Virus record (IMG/VR): IMGVR_UViG_3300014836_000691 | Coordinates: 10,000-73,999 of that record | Reading direction: 5' to 3' (one strand) | Source of the DNA: a virus | Length of the DNA: 64,000 bases | Shown: positions 20,163 to 29,872 of the stretch, piece by piece | Numbering within the stretch: position 1 is the first letter of the stretch | Layout of the letters: every line of letters begins with the position of its first letter | Notes under the pieces: generated by a model | The model's database searches: none | Told to the model about the DNA's origin: nothing | Seen by the model: only the letters and a program-made list of their open reading frames with translations | Translations under genes and position numbers: made by a program

Positions 20163-20527
20163 GTCCTCCCCCTCCAACGCAACTTAACCCGAACGACCTG
20201 CCTCCAGAGGTCAAAGATGGACTTCTTGGTGCTATCCTAGGCGGGCTGGGGATGGCGGCTCGTATGCTTCTCTCCACAGAGCCTGTGTCATTAGGCTTTG
20301 TTGTTCGCCGTTTCTTAGCCGCCAGCATTACGGCTATGTTTGTGGGACTGGCTACCAAAGACCACTTCCAATCCACAGGACTCTGGTTAGCCACCGCAGG
20401 TGGTAGCGGTTACGCCGCACCAGAAGTCACCGATTACCTCATACGCTATGTAAAGGCTAAGGGGGAAGCAAAAATCAAAGAGGCAAAAGGTCGTGTCAAA
20501 ACGAAATCCAAAAGAGGACGCAAATAA
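20159..20527 (+). CDS. holin
   Basis: About 3 TM segments, GGSGYAAPEV motif, very basic C-terminus. Confidence 0.7.
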   Translation: MSPPPPTQLNPNDLPPEVKDGLLGAILGGLGMAARMLLSTEPVSLGFVVRRFLAASITAMFVGLATKDHFQSTGLWLATAGGSGYAAPEVTDYLIRYVKAKGEAKIKEAKGRVKTKSKRGRK

Positions 20528-20819
20528 CAACCTGCTGTGGATAATCTCCACGCTTATCTTTATCTCTCTCATCTCTTCTGGCTTCACCGCCTACGCCTGT
20601 GATTATGTCCTCAGTTCTTTCCAGAACAGCAATACGATGGTTCTGCTTATCACCGATGCTGGCCTCAAGTCTGATGATGCTAATCTTGAACGCCAACTTA
20701 CTACGGCTACTAAATCGCTTATTTTTCTTCGGGATATCGCTCTTGCGGTCTTAGTCGGAACGGCTATGGTGATTACCACGATGGGGCTTAGGGTGTGGAA
20801 ATCCAAGTCCCAAGGTTGA
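20493..20819 (+). CDS. two-TM membrane protein in the lysis cluster
   Basis: Two hydrophobic helices. Confidence 0.55.
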   Translation: MSKRNPKEDANNNLLWIISTLIFISLISSGFTAYACDYVLSSFQNSNTMVLLITDAGLKSDDANLERQLTTATKSLIFLRDIALAVLVGTAMVITTMGLRVWKSKSQG

Positions 20820-20831
20820 CACGCCCCAAAA

Positions 20832-20919
20832 GGCGTTAGTCGTTTGTGTGTTGTGTCGTGTAAACGGACTAGTCGTGCAGTCCTGTTATGTAGCCGCCGC
20901 AGGGCGGCTGCTTTTTTTT
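20832..20919 (+). ncRNA. candidate GU-rich small RNA
   Basis: TTGAC-N6-CAAAA at 20816; stem 20837-20845/20862-20871 with loop GTGTGTTGTGTCGTGT; ends at a terminator. Confidence 0.4.
20890..20919 (+). terminator. rho-independent terminator ending the tail/lysis operon
   Basis: GTAGCCGCC-GCAG-GGCGGCTGC followed by T8. Confidence 0.85.
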
Positions 20920-22013
20920 AACGCTTCAAGATTCCCCAAGCCACCTCATTATGCTGGTGCGAGGCTTCGATGTGAACCTTGGCGTGAGCCAGCGAACCAG
21001 TCCGCAGGGCTTCCGTTAAGTCCATCTCTGCCTTGGTCAGACGAGCGAACAGAACATCCTGCTGGTCGTCCGAGGGGGCGAACTTGTTGGCGTTCTCCAA
21101 AGCCCATCTAGCATTGTCTGCTTCTTCGGTGATTGCGTAAAGGTTCTGTAGAGCCTTCTTCGCAAGTTCAGCACTCTCAGCCGCCTGTGCGACTGCGATG
21201 TATGCCTCCTTGATTTGGGCTGATGTTATTTTCATACGCTTGGGTATTTGTCAACTTGTAGCCGTTTTGTTCAGTCGAGTCAAGCCCTTGGTTTGGCAAC
21301 CAGACTCTGTGCTTCCTCTACGGACATTTGGCAGTCCTGCATATACCCATTCGTCTTACGCCCTGTGATTAGCATATCACCATAGATAGGAGTAAGCGTC
21401 CCTGCGATACGGCAGAAGGAAACAGGCAGGGGGAAATACTCGTTGAACTGGTCGTCAGAGAACCACAGACGCTCCCCATTCCCTACTTCGTGGCAGTCTA
21501 GGTCTTCATACTCTCCCTTGTTCTTGAACCAGCGTAGCACGAACCTCTGTGCTTGGTCTTCCTTCATCCAGCGGGTGTCGATGATTACTTCCTCAGCCGT
21601 CTTGGTTTCCCCATTGATGTAGATACACCTAGTGGTCTTGAGTTCGTGTGCGGGTCGTCCTCCTTTGGGCATAGTCGTAAGGGTTACTTGTTCTGGGCGA
21701 GCCAGAGTTCAATCGCTTCCGTGAGGGCTTGGCGAAGGGTCGTGTCGTTGACCTTGATAGTGTTCTTGAACTCAGCCACAAGGTCGTTGGGCAGAGGGCT
21801 AGCAACCGTGGTAAGGTTGTTTCGCTTCTTCCACTCCAGTTGGCGAAGGGAGTTCACGGTGGAGGCTTCGCCCGCATCAGCCCTAGACTTTGCGGTTAGC
21901 CCATTAGCCATCCTAGCCCCTTCGTCTTTACCTTTGCTGTAGCCCGCCATATAGGAGTGCTGGCTAGCGTAGAGTCGGGATTCGGGATTTTTGCGGAGGT
22001 CGATTTTTTCCAT
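20918..22013 (-). CDS. three hypothetical proteins (20918-21235, 21280-21672, 21684-22013; the last has a ribbon-helix-helix-like C-terminus)
   Basis: ORF track; ACGACTATG/ACGACCTATG starts; TTLRQALTEAIELWL. Confidence 0.65.
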
Positions 22014-22058
22014 AGGTCGTGTCTATGCTTTATGTTCTATCCGAAGGGTGAACATATG

Positions 22059-22745
22059 TCAAGCATCAATTTCTCCAATGGCTTCCTTACGCTCTTTGGT
22101 GAGTCGATAGACAGTCCAACTTGAAACATCGTAGTCCTCAGAAATCTCTTTGACGGAGCATCCGTCTACCTCACGGAGACGAATCCACTCGTCTACGACT
22201 TCTGGCTTAACTTGGTTATGCCCATTCACAAACTCGTAAATGTCCTGCACCTTGGCAATCTTACCCCAAGCCCGCCCGCCGAGGTTAGGGATAGGCGAGC
22301 CAGCCTTACGGCAACGCTTGATGTTGCCCCAGATAGTTGCCACAGGCAGACCGTAGCGTTCAGAGAGGGTGTCCACGCCATCCCCATTCACAAACTGATG
22401 AAGCAGGGTGTCGAACATCTGACCGAACTCCTTGGTTTGCTGTTCTTCGTGCGTAGCAGGAACAACCCAATACTTGTAACCACTAGCGGGGTCAAACTTG
22501 TTGGACTTAAAGCCCCCATTCTTAGCAGGGATAACCAGTCCCACTCTACGCAGGTAGCGTTTGACGCTATCGAACGACTTTTCGTTCACGCCGTGCATAC
22601 GGCAAGCCTCCGAGTGCATCTTACCGTTGTCGATAATATCAATCAGAACAAGGTCGTAAGCCTTGGCTCGCTCTTGATTGAAGCCCCGCCAATCCTGCAA
22701 GGCAAGGGGAGGCATTTGGAAGTATTTGTATTGTGTGTCGTGCAT
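22059..22745 (-). CDS. multi-HTH DNA-binding protein
   Basis: Three HTH-like segments: HSEACRMHGVNEKS, VDTLSERYGLPVATIW, VKEISEDYDVSSWTVYRL. Confidence 0.65.
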   Translation of the reverse strand: MHDTQYKYFQMPPLALQDWRGFNQERAKAYDLVLIDIIDNGKMHSEACRMHGVNEKSFDSVKRYLRRVGLVIPAKNGGFKSNKFDPASGYKYWVVPATHEEQQTKEFGQMFDTLLHQFVNGDGVDTLSERYGLPVATIWGNIKRCRKAGSPIPNLGGRAWGKIAKVQDIYEFVNGHNQVKPEVVDEWIRLREVDGCSVKEISEDYDVSSWTVYRLTKERKEAIGEIDA

Positions 22746-22783
22746 CGGGTTATGTTATGAATGGGTAGTGAACGCCTGTCAAC

Positions 22784-22990
22784 TTAATTCTTGTGGCACA
22801 GATGCCACCAGCCGTTTTTGGCTACACACCAGCGAGCGAGAGCCACGACCATCCGTCCACCCTTCCCATCGTCCGCACAGACGACAGCAGAGGGCGACAG
22901 GGGCATCAGCCCCTTCGGGGTGAGCGTGTGAACCTTTCCTTGGAAACCAAGGACGACAGGCATCGGGTTGAATAGTCTAAGGTGCTTCAT
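22784..22990 (-). CDS. hypothetical protein
   Basis: ORF track. Confidence 0.5.
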   Translation of the reverse strand: MKHLRLFNPMPVVLGFQGKVHTLTPKGLMPLSPSAVVCADDGKGGRMVVALARWCVAKNGWWHLCHKN

Positions 22991-23077
22991 TACCCATTAC
23001 TCTATCACAAACATTTGTCTTTGCAACAACTATTTCTGAACGCTTGTATTTTTTATCGTTGACTTCTCAACCTGCTT

Positions 23078-25191
23078 GTGAATGCTAGGTCTACTGTGAC
23101 CTTCCTAATCAAAACGGCTATCTTCGATTCGACCTCTCCCGCCCCCTTCACGAACAAGGAGGACGGACGCAACTTTGTGGTAGATGCTGATACCTATGAC
23201 CACGCCTTTGTCAAGGTAACTGCCTTCCTTACGGCTAACCAGCCCGCCCTTGCTAGGAATAATCTGGATGGGGAGAAGATTGAGTTCCCTATTTACGACT
23301 CTAACGCCGAGGCGTTCATCAACGCCAGCCACGCCATCTTGGAGATTGCCGAGGACAAGCGTTGCGAAAACATCCGACTCTGACCACAAGACACAAATGA
23401 CCATCGAACAAGCCAACAAAGTCGCACAGACCGCCAGTCGCCTCGCCAGCCTTCTGCAAGTCTGGGAGCAGGTGAACGGAATCAATAAGAGTCTTAGGGC
23501 TGACGCTTCCCCTGCTACCCATCAGCAATCCGTTACCCTCTTGGCTTCCATCTGTGGCGACATTATCAAGACCAAGGATGAACTCGACTCGCTTGAAGGC
23601 AGGAAAGAAGAAAAGGACGCTTGACAAAGCCAAGAGGTTGCATAGGATACATCGTATGAAAGCAAAAATCTCCAACGCCGAAGTTGCTAAAAGCATTCGC
23701 AAGATGGGTAACCGTCCTTCTATTGCCTTTACCTCTAAGGTCAAAAAGTTCAACCGCACCGCTTGGAAGCGGGAAGCCGAGTGAGCGAGTTTGTCTGTGC
23801 ATTACTAACCGTCCTTCTATTCTACAAAATCTTCCGTATATAACCAAATGAGCAAAGCACTATACCGCCGTCTCCACACCTTCAAAAAGGCTTACCACCT
23901 TGCGAAGCACCACGCCAAGAACGCCGTCAACGATGCCTACGACCAGCGACAGATGGAATACTACAAGTCGCTCGCCAAGGCTTGGGCTAAGTCCCCATCC
24001 GAACTGGCAAAGGTCGAGGCTCTTGTTGTCGCCTAATTTTCCAACCCAAACACACACACAATGAAAAAGAAGCAAGTCAACGAAGTCGTATCCATCAAGC
24101 GATACATCAAGTCGGTTAAGTCCAAACTGAAGGTCGCTAAGGTGGTTCGCAAGCACCGCCCCGCCATCCTCCTCATTCGCTTCAAGGCGGGTGAAGAAGC
24201 CTACAAGGTTCGGAACTTCCTGTCCGAAATCCGCAACCGTGGTGGTCGCAAGGTGTCCGCACACTTCCTTCGCCAAGCGGTTTTCGAGGCTATCGAGAAG
24301 GTCAAGGCTCTCTGAGCCTACCTTCCGTAGTCCAGTCAATGCAATGGGGCTTGCAGGGTGGTTGACACTTTGCAAGCACTTGCAAACACACACGCTATGA
24401 AAAAGTCTCTTAGAGATACCGAAAAGACCGAAGCCCAAAAGGAAGCCATCCGCAAGGCGGCTAAAATCCTTGGTCGAATGGGTGGTATGGCTGGCACAGG
24501 TGAAGCCAAGCGTAGACCTTCCGAGGTCTGCCGAGCCGCCGTCAATAAGCGGTGGGATGCTTACCGCCTCCAAAAAGGAAACAGCGACAAGATTAAGTCC
24601 TAATGTATATCTGGGATGTATTCTGTCAAATCGCCTTGGCGATTGGCTTAACCACCTTTCTCTTGGTTTCTGTAATGGGGGTTATCTACACGATATCCGT
24701 CTGGAAGTCCTACCTTGAACTGTGGAAGGCTCGAAAGATTTGGATTAGATTCACCAAGCAGGACGAAAGATTCCAGCAACACGCACGATACAATGACGCA
24801 GACGAAGAAGAAAGAGCGAGTAAGAAAGATTAAGGAGTCCGCTAGGGCTTATGGATACTGGTTGGTTAACCCAACCTTCTCCAAGACCGAAGTTTGCAAC
24901 TTCTTCAAGGTTCAGTTGGACGACCTTGCCTACTGGATGAAGGTGAATGGGAAGCCACGCCCAGACGGTAAGGTTGTCGGTAAGGGGTCGCCTAGGCAGG
25001 TCGCCCTTCGCCACGCCTACGAGTCTGCAATCGAGCAGAAACAGGACTTGGAATGGGCATTGGCATTAGCCAAGAAGTCCTTTAGTTCTATCAGTAGAGG
25101 CGATATCTGCTACTACTGGATTAAGAACGAACTCGCACCACTTCCCGAAGGCACTCGCCTCAACCGACTTTCCGCAACAAAATATGGCTAA
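23078..25191 (+). CDS. cluster of about 8 small early-type hypothetical genes (23078-23383, 23397-23624, 23655-23784, 23848-24036, 24061-24315, 24397-24603, 24603-24833, 24793-25191)
   Basis: Tandem ORFs with AC-rich leaders and sigma70-like promoters. Confidence 0.6.
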
Positions 25192-25507
25192 TACAAACGA
25201 AGACCCCGCAAACAATGATGTATTCACGCAGGGCGGTGAACACGGCTTCATTGGCAAACCAGTAATCGCCTACAACATTATCTTTGATGAGGAGGCAGAA
25301 CTTAAGACATTCTACGCCTTTATCAGAGCGTTGAAAAAGCGTTACCCGCAGACGAGGATTATTGGTTCTCGCATCAACCAGTATCTCAAGGACGAGTTCT
25401 TTAAGGAACAAGCCCAAGACCTCATTCCTGCAACCCCGAAGAAGCGTGGTCGCAAGCCCAAGGTCGTGGAGGCTACTGAGCCAGCCGAAGAACCCTCTCA
25501 GCCGTGA
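25184..25507 (+). CDS. protein resembling the C-terminal domain of phage ParB-like modification proteins
   Basis: YNIIFDEEAELKTFYAFIRALKKRYP...IGSRINQYL; resemblance recalled, not searched. Confidence 0.45.
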   Translation: MANTNEDPANNDVFTQGGEHGFIGKPVIAYNIIFDEEAELKTFYAFIRALKKRYPQTRIIGSRINQYLKDEFFKEQAQDLIPATPKKRGRKPKVVEATEPAEEPSQP

Positions 25508-25743
25508 GCGACAACCTTCAGCGGATGAAGGAAGCCCAGTATGAATGGGCTATGAAGGAGAATGTTAGGCTCAACGAAACTCGCCACAAGTGGGAGAAGC
25601 GTGTTGAAAGTCTCCTTGAGGCTGGCAACTCCCTTGCCCTGCGACTGCAAGACTTTGAGCCAGACAATCCCGCTATTCAGATGTGGATTAGATTCGCATC
25701 TGGCGAACAGAAACCCATTGACAATAACCATCATAACAACTAA
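25504..25743 (+). CDS. hypothetical protein
   Basis: VESLLEAGNSLA resembles the C-terminus of 1996-2799. Confidence 0.55.
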   Translation: MSDNLQRMKEAQYEWAMKENVRLNETRHKWEKRVESLLEAGNSLALRLQDFEPDNPAIQMWIRFASGEQKPIDNNHHNN

Positions 25744-25755
25744 AACCTTAGCACG

Positions 25756-25974
25756 ATGAACAGACGACCAATCACGCAACGCCAAATCGTTGCTCTTGAA
25801 GTAATCAAGAATTACACCCAGAAGAAGGGATACCCGCCCTCTGTGCGTGATATCTGTGAGCAAATGGGTAATATTTCGCCCAACGCCGTCCAGAAATATC
25901 TGGTTGGCTTGGAGCAAATCGGCAAGATTCGCCGTAGCCCCAAGATTGCTCGCTCCATCGTTGTCGTTTCTTAA
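25756..25974 (+). CDS. LexA-type winged-HTH DNA-binding domain only
   Basis: ITQRQ..LEVI..Y..KKGYPPSVRDICEQMGNISPNAVQKYLVGLEQIGKIRR...ARSI. Confidence 0.85.
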   Translation: MNRRPITQRQIVALEVIKNYTQKKGYPPSVRDICEQMGNISPNAVQKYLVGLEQIGKIRRSPKIARSIVVVS

Positions 25975-27142
25975 TGGACACCGTTCAGAAGAGACAACAA
26001 AAGTTTGGACAGCAAAAGGATGGACTTGAGTCCAAGTTGCTGGAGAGCAGTTTTGTGAATGGGGGTTCTTACAAGGACTACCAAATGTTTTTTAAGCCGT
26101 TCTACGGAGAGGGCGAAAGCCCTACCGTGACCTATTGCTGGGTCGCCTTTAACTACGATAGGATGGAGCGTTTTGAACGCTTCGTAAATTGTGGGAGCAA
26201 CACCAACACCGTCCACAACGAGGGATTGGTGTATGGGGACTTTTTCCGAACCATAAATAATAAAATCCAATGAACGAAAATCCCGAATACAAAGATTCCA
26301 TCAAAACCCCCTACAACAAGATGCAAAAGTTCAAGGAATACAATGAGTTCAGAGAGCCTTCCTTTTCGGACAAGTTCCGCATCAGAGAGCGACTCTTTAC
26401 CTTCCTGCATTTCGTTATCGGCTTCTACATCGGCAATAACTTCGACCAACTGAAGTCGAACTGGGAACTCATCGCCCTTGCCGTTGTGTCCTCGCTTTAC
26501 GCACAGAAGTTGTGGAAGTAAGCCCAGACCGTAAAAGGTTCTGGGGTTTTATAAAAAAGCGTATGCTCAAGTGGAACTTTAAAACTCAACTTGAGAATGG
26601 GGTGGAGTATGTTCAAGTGGAAGAAGCCGATGCTGTGGTTAACAGGCTTATCGAACTTGGTGACGCTATGTCGCTAGAGATGATGACTGCTATGCTACAG
26701 GGTTACATCGAGCCACGCTTCGTTTCAGCCCACGACCAATACCAGAAGTTTGTGTATTCTGAGGGCTTTGTAAAAGCCCCCTCCCCCAAAACGCTACCTC
26801 CTTTCTCAATTAAAAAGAAATCAACCAACCCCATCAATGTCTCCAAAGGAATACCAACCCAAAACAACAGGAATAGACCGTCTAAGGCGGTCAGTAGGCG
26901 TATCGACAAGAAGGCTTAAAAAGAATCCTAACGGATACGGCGACAACTGGAATGTCTGTATGCCCCATTCAGCCGCCGAAGAAGCCGTCCGTGAGGTGGA
27001 CGAACTGAACAATCGCATCAAGAACTTGAAGGTTCTTGGGAACATCCTTTGGACACACCTCGCCAACCTACCCGAACCCCAAATTAACGAACAGATGAAA
27101 TGGGACTTGAAGTATTGGGTAGAACTGTGCAATAAACGCTAA
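25974..27142 (+). CDS. four hypothetical proteins (25974-26273, 26270-26521, 26512-26919, 26837-27142)
   Basis: Overlapping or abutting ORFs. Confidence 0.55.
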
Positions 27143-27153
27143 CCAACCCTACT

Positions 27154-28254
27154 ATGGCTCGATACAAACAGTTTGTCGGAAAGAATGTCCTTGATGCCGC
27201 CAAGGAGCGACTGCACCACATACACGATATCTTCGATACGCCTGTGGTTTGCTTCTCTGGGGGCAAGGATAGCCAAGCCCTAATCCACCTTGCGTGGGAG
27301 GTAGCCCAAGAGCGAGGGCTGAAGTATGTTAATGCAATTTACTATCACGAAGAGTTTACGATGAATGAGATAGTCGGTGTGGTTAGGCATTATGCCGCTA
27401 TGCCGTGGGTGCGTATGCACCACTTGTGCATCCCTGTTCCCTCTACGGTGATGATTTTCAACAAGCAGATTCAATACACGATGTGGGATAAGAATCGTGA
27501 GACTATTCGACCTCTGCCCGATTACTCCATTCGTCCAGATGCGGCGAACTGGAATCGCAATTGGTATGCCGAAGAAATCGAAGAATACCAGACCCAGTTT
27601 TTCCGTGGCAAGGTAGCCCTAATGACAGGCATACGGTCACAGGAAAGCAGAATGCGTTGGCGAGCCAGCGTATGCAAACTGGTGGAGAACTACATCAACA
27701 AGTCGGCTCACAAGAAGAGCCAGATTTGCAAGCCCATCTACGACTGGCTAGAGAAGGATGTTCTGAAATACCTTTACGACAACAAGATTCCCTACGCCAA
27801 GGTCTACGACTCGCTTCTGTTCTGTAAGCGTAAGTTGAGAACTGGTGCGTTTATGAACCCGCAGACACAGGATGGGTTGCAGTTCCTTCGTAGAATTGAC
27901 CCTGTGTTCTACGACCAGATGCTTAAGATTTTCCCAGAGCAAATGCTTTCCGAGAAATACAGCAAGCACTTGGACAGGGATGCCTTGGTAGAGAAGTATG
28001 GGCATTCAATTGCTGGCATTGAGCAATACATCAAGGAGCATTACCAAGAAGGTCGCCCTCGCATTATCGCCCTCAACAGGCTCTACGAAATCTACAAGAT
28101 GAAGCAAGCCGACCAGCACAAGTCGGCAAATGTAATCTCAGAGGAGGGCAGTTTCCCCCTCTGGTATGTCCTTCGCTACTTCATCCGTGGCAACACAGCC
28201 CATCGCCTCCTGTCCTGTCCCAAGAACTTGGCAAAGTTCAAGGGGATGGTTTGA
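27154..28254 (+). CDS. PAPS reductase-family (IbrA/DndC-like) protein
   Basis: PP-loop VVCFSGGKDS, MTGIRSQESRMR, KPIYDWLEKDV. Confidence 0.9.
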   Translation: MARYKQFVGKNVLDAAKERLHHIHDIFDTPVVCFSGGKDSQALIHLAWEVAQERGLKYVNAIYYHEEFTMNEIVGVVRHYAAMPWVRMHHLCIPVPSTVMIFNKQIQYTMWDKNRETIRPLPDYSIRPDAANWNRNWYAEEIEEYQTQFFRGKVALMTGIRSQESRMRWRASVCKLVENYINKSAHKKSQICKPIYDWLEKDVLKYLYDNKIPYAKVYDSLLFCKRKLRTGAFMNPQTQDGLQFLRRIDPVFYDQMLKIFPEQMLSEKYSKHLDRDALVEKYGHSIAGIEQYIKEHYQEGRPRIIALNRLYEIYKMKQADQHKSANVISEEGSFPLWYVLRYFIRGNTAHRLLSCPKNLAKFKGMV

Positions 28255-28294
28255 GCGTTGACAAAACCTCAATTTTAAGGCTCTATTGCTAAAT

Positions 28295-28365
28295 AGACCT
28301 GTGGTGTAACGGTAGCACAAGTGATTTTGGTTCACTTTGTCTAGGTTCAAATCCTAGCAGGTCTA
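28295..28365 (+). tRNA. tRNA-Gln(TTG)
   Basis: AGACCTG/CAGGTCT acceptor stem, anticodon loop TTTTGGT. Confidence 0.9.
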
Positions 28366-28391
28366 TGGGGGTCTTTGACAGTCTGTCTTTT

Positions 28392-28463
28392 GCCTTGGTA
28401 GCACAATGGTTGTGCGTCTGTTTTGTAAACAGGTGGCTGTCGGTTCAACTCCGACCCAAGGCT
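28392..28463 (+). tRNA. tRNA-Thr(TGT)
   Basis: GCCTTGG/CCAAGGC, loop TTTGTAA. Confidence 0.9.
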
Positions 28464-28471
28464 CGTTTGTA

Positions 28472-28545
28472 GGGGGCTTCTTTCAATGGTAGGAAACCTC
28501 GTTTGCACCGAGGCAATGGGAGTTCGATTCTCCCCGCCTCCACCA
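28472..28545 (+). tRNA. tRNA-Ala(TGC)
   Basis: G3:U70 pair, loop TTTGCAC, encoded CCA. Confidence 0.9.
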
Positions 28546-28549
28546 ATTT

Positions 28550-28624
28550 GGGATTGTAGTTAAACGGTTATAACACACGGTTTTCATCCGTGTATTCGGA
28601 GTTCGATTCTCCGCAGTCCCGCCA
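28550..28624 (+). tRNA. tRNA-Glu(TTC)
   Basis: GGGATTG/CAGTCCC, loop TTTTCAT, encoded CCA. Confidence 0.9.
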
Positions 28625-28635
28625 GTTTTGACAGA

Positions 28636-28706
28636 TGGGAAGAAGTGTTACGGTAGCACAGAAGTCTCCAAATCTTCGGGCGTGGGTTCGACTCCCTCCT
28701 TCCCAG
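28636..28706 (+). tRNA. tRNA-Trp(CCA)
   Basis: TGGGAAG/CTTCCCA, loop CTCCAAA. Confidence 0.85.
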
Positions 28707-28713
28707 CATTTTT

Positions 28714-28786
28714 ACGATGGTAACTCAGTTGGTAGAGTGCTTGACTGTTACTCAAGTTGTCGGTGGTTCGACCCCACCCCATCGTG
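28714..28786 (+). tRNA. tRNA-Asn(GTT)
   Basis: ACGATGG/CCATCGT, loop CTGTTAC. Confidence 0.9.
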
Positions 28787-28793
28787 CCTTGCC

Positions 28794-28866
28794 CAGCCAG
28801 TATCTCAATTGGTAGAGTCCCTGCTTTGGGAGCAGGGTGTTGCAGGTTCAAGTCCTGTCTGGCTGA
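28794..28866 (+). tRNA. tRNA-Pro(TGG)
   Basis: CAGCCAG/CTGGCTG, loop TTTGGGA. Confidence 0.9.
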
Positions 28867-28871
28867 TTTAC

Positions 28872-28946
28872 GCACCTGTAGTTCAACGGATAGAACACCC
28901 GCCTTCTAAGCGGGTTATCTAGGTTCGATTCCTAGCAGGTGTGCCA
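28872..28946 (+). tRNA. tRNA-Arg(TCT)
   Basis: GCACCTG/CAGGTGT, loop CTTCTAA, encoded CCA. Confidence 0.9.
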
Positions 28947-28950
28947 CTTC

Positions 28951-29023
28951 GGGGGTGTAACTCAATGGTTAGAGTAGTCGCCTTTTAAGCGATTGGTTCT
29001 GGGTTCAAATCCCAGCACCCCCA
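28951..29023 (+). tRNA. tRNA-Lys(TTT)
   Basis: GGGGGTG/CACCCCC, loop CTTTTAA. Confidence 0.9.
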
Positions 29024-29028
29024 TTCCT

Positions 29029-29109
29029 GCGGATGTGGTGAAACGGTAAACACGACTGACTTAAAATCAGTTGCCCTACGGCTTGCGGGTTCAAGTCCCG
29101 CCTTCCGCA
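29029..29109 (+). tRNA. tRNA-Leu(TAA)
   Basis: Long variable arm, loop CTTAAAA. Confidence 0.9.
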
Positions 29110-29116
29110 CCCTTTC

Positions 29117-29189
29117 TGGCGTGTAGTTCAAAGGTTAGAACACTCTGCTCATAACGGAAGAAACGCTGGTTCAAATCCAGCCACGCCAA
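29117..29189 (+). tRNA. tRNA-Met or Ile2 (CAT)
   Basis: TGGCGTG/CACGCCA, loop CTCATAA. Confidence 0.85.
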
Positions 29190-29248
29190 CTTTCTAGTTG
29201 CATCGAAAAACTAAAACCAAACAGTTGTATGGGTAACGCACCGCAACT

Positions 29249-29872
29249 ATGAACAAACCCCTAGAGCCAGTAGAAAACATTAAGTGGATTGACGCTTCTG
29301 AACTGAAGGCGAACCACTACAATCCGAACCGAGTGATGAACGCCGAGATGAACCTCATCGAGCGTTCCATCCTAAAGACAGGCTGGATTCAACCGATTCT
29401 GGTGAACGCCAACAATGTAATCATAGACGGCTTCCACCGATGGACGCTCTCTCAAGTCTCTCATCAACTTAAAGAGAAGTATCACGGCAAAGTTCCGTGC
29501 TGTGTTCTTAATGTCTCCGACATTGAGGCGATGGTTATCACCGTCCGCATTAATCGTGCAAAGGGAACGCACTTGGCATTCCGAATGAGCGAGTATGTGA
29601 GAGAACTTGTCGAGAAGCACAGAGTCCCACTTGAGCAACTCGCTACGGACATTGGTGCTACCGTGGACGAGGTGATGCTTCTGATGAAGGCAGATGTGTT
29701 TGAAGCCAAGGACATTCAGAACTGGGCATACAGCGAGTCTTGGATTCCCGCTGAGTCTGGTCGGACGAGAGTCCCGACCCTGTTCGACTTCGTGGACGGC
29801 AAGGAGATTATCAACAACAAGGAAAAGCAAACCTTGATGACTGATAAGTTCTTCGACAACGAAGAGGACTAA
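29249..29872 (+). CDS. ParB/sulfiredoxin-like (IbrB-like) protein
   Basis: ANHYNPNRV, GWIQPILV, IIDGFHRW, TVRINRAKGTH. Confidence 0.9.
   Translation: MNKPLEPVENIKWIDASELKANHYNPNRVMNAEMNLIERSILKTGWIQPILVNANNVIIDGFHRWTLSQVSHQLKEKYHGKVPCCVLNVSDIEAMVITVRINRAKGTHLAFRMSEYVRELVEKHRVPLEQLATDIGATVDEVMLLMKADVFEAKDIQNWAYSESWIPAESGRTRVPTLFDFVDGKEIINNKEKQTLMTDKFFDNEED

Noticed and set aside
22032-22055. ATGTTC-N12-GAACAT inverted repeat as an SOS box for the LexA-like protein
   Set aside because: Single instance, and the spacing does not match SOS boxes I know.
28295-29189. Stop-codon reassignment or a suppressor tRNA
   Set aside because: No CTA, TTA or TCA anticodons, and genes are intact and densely packed under the standard code.
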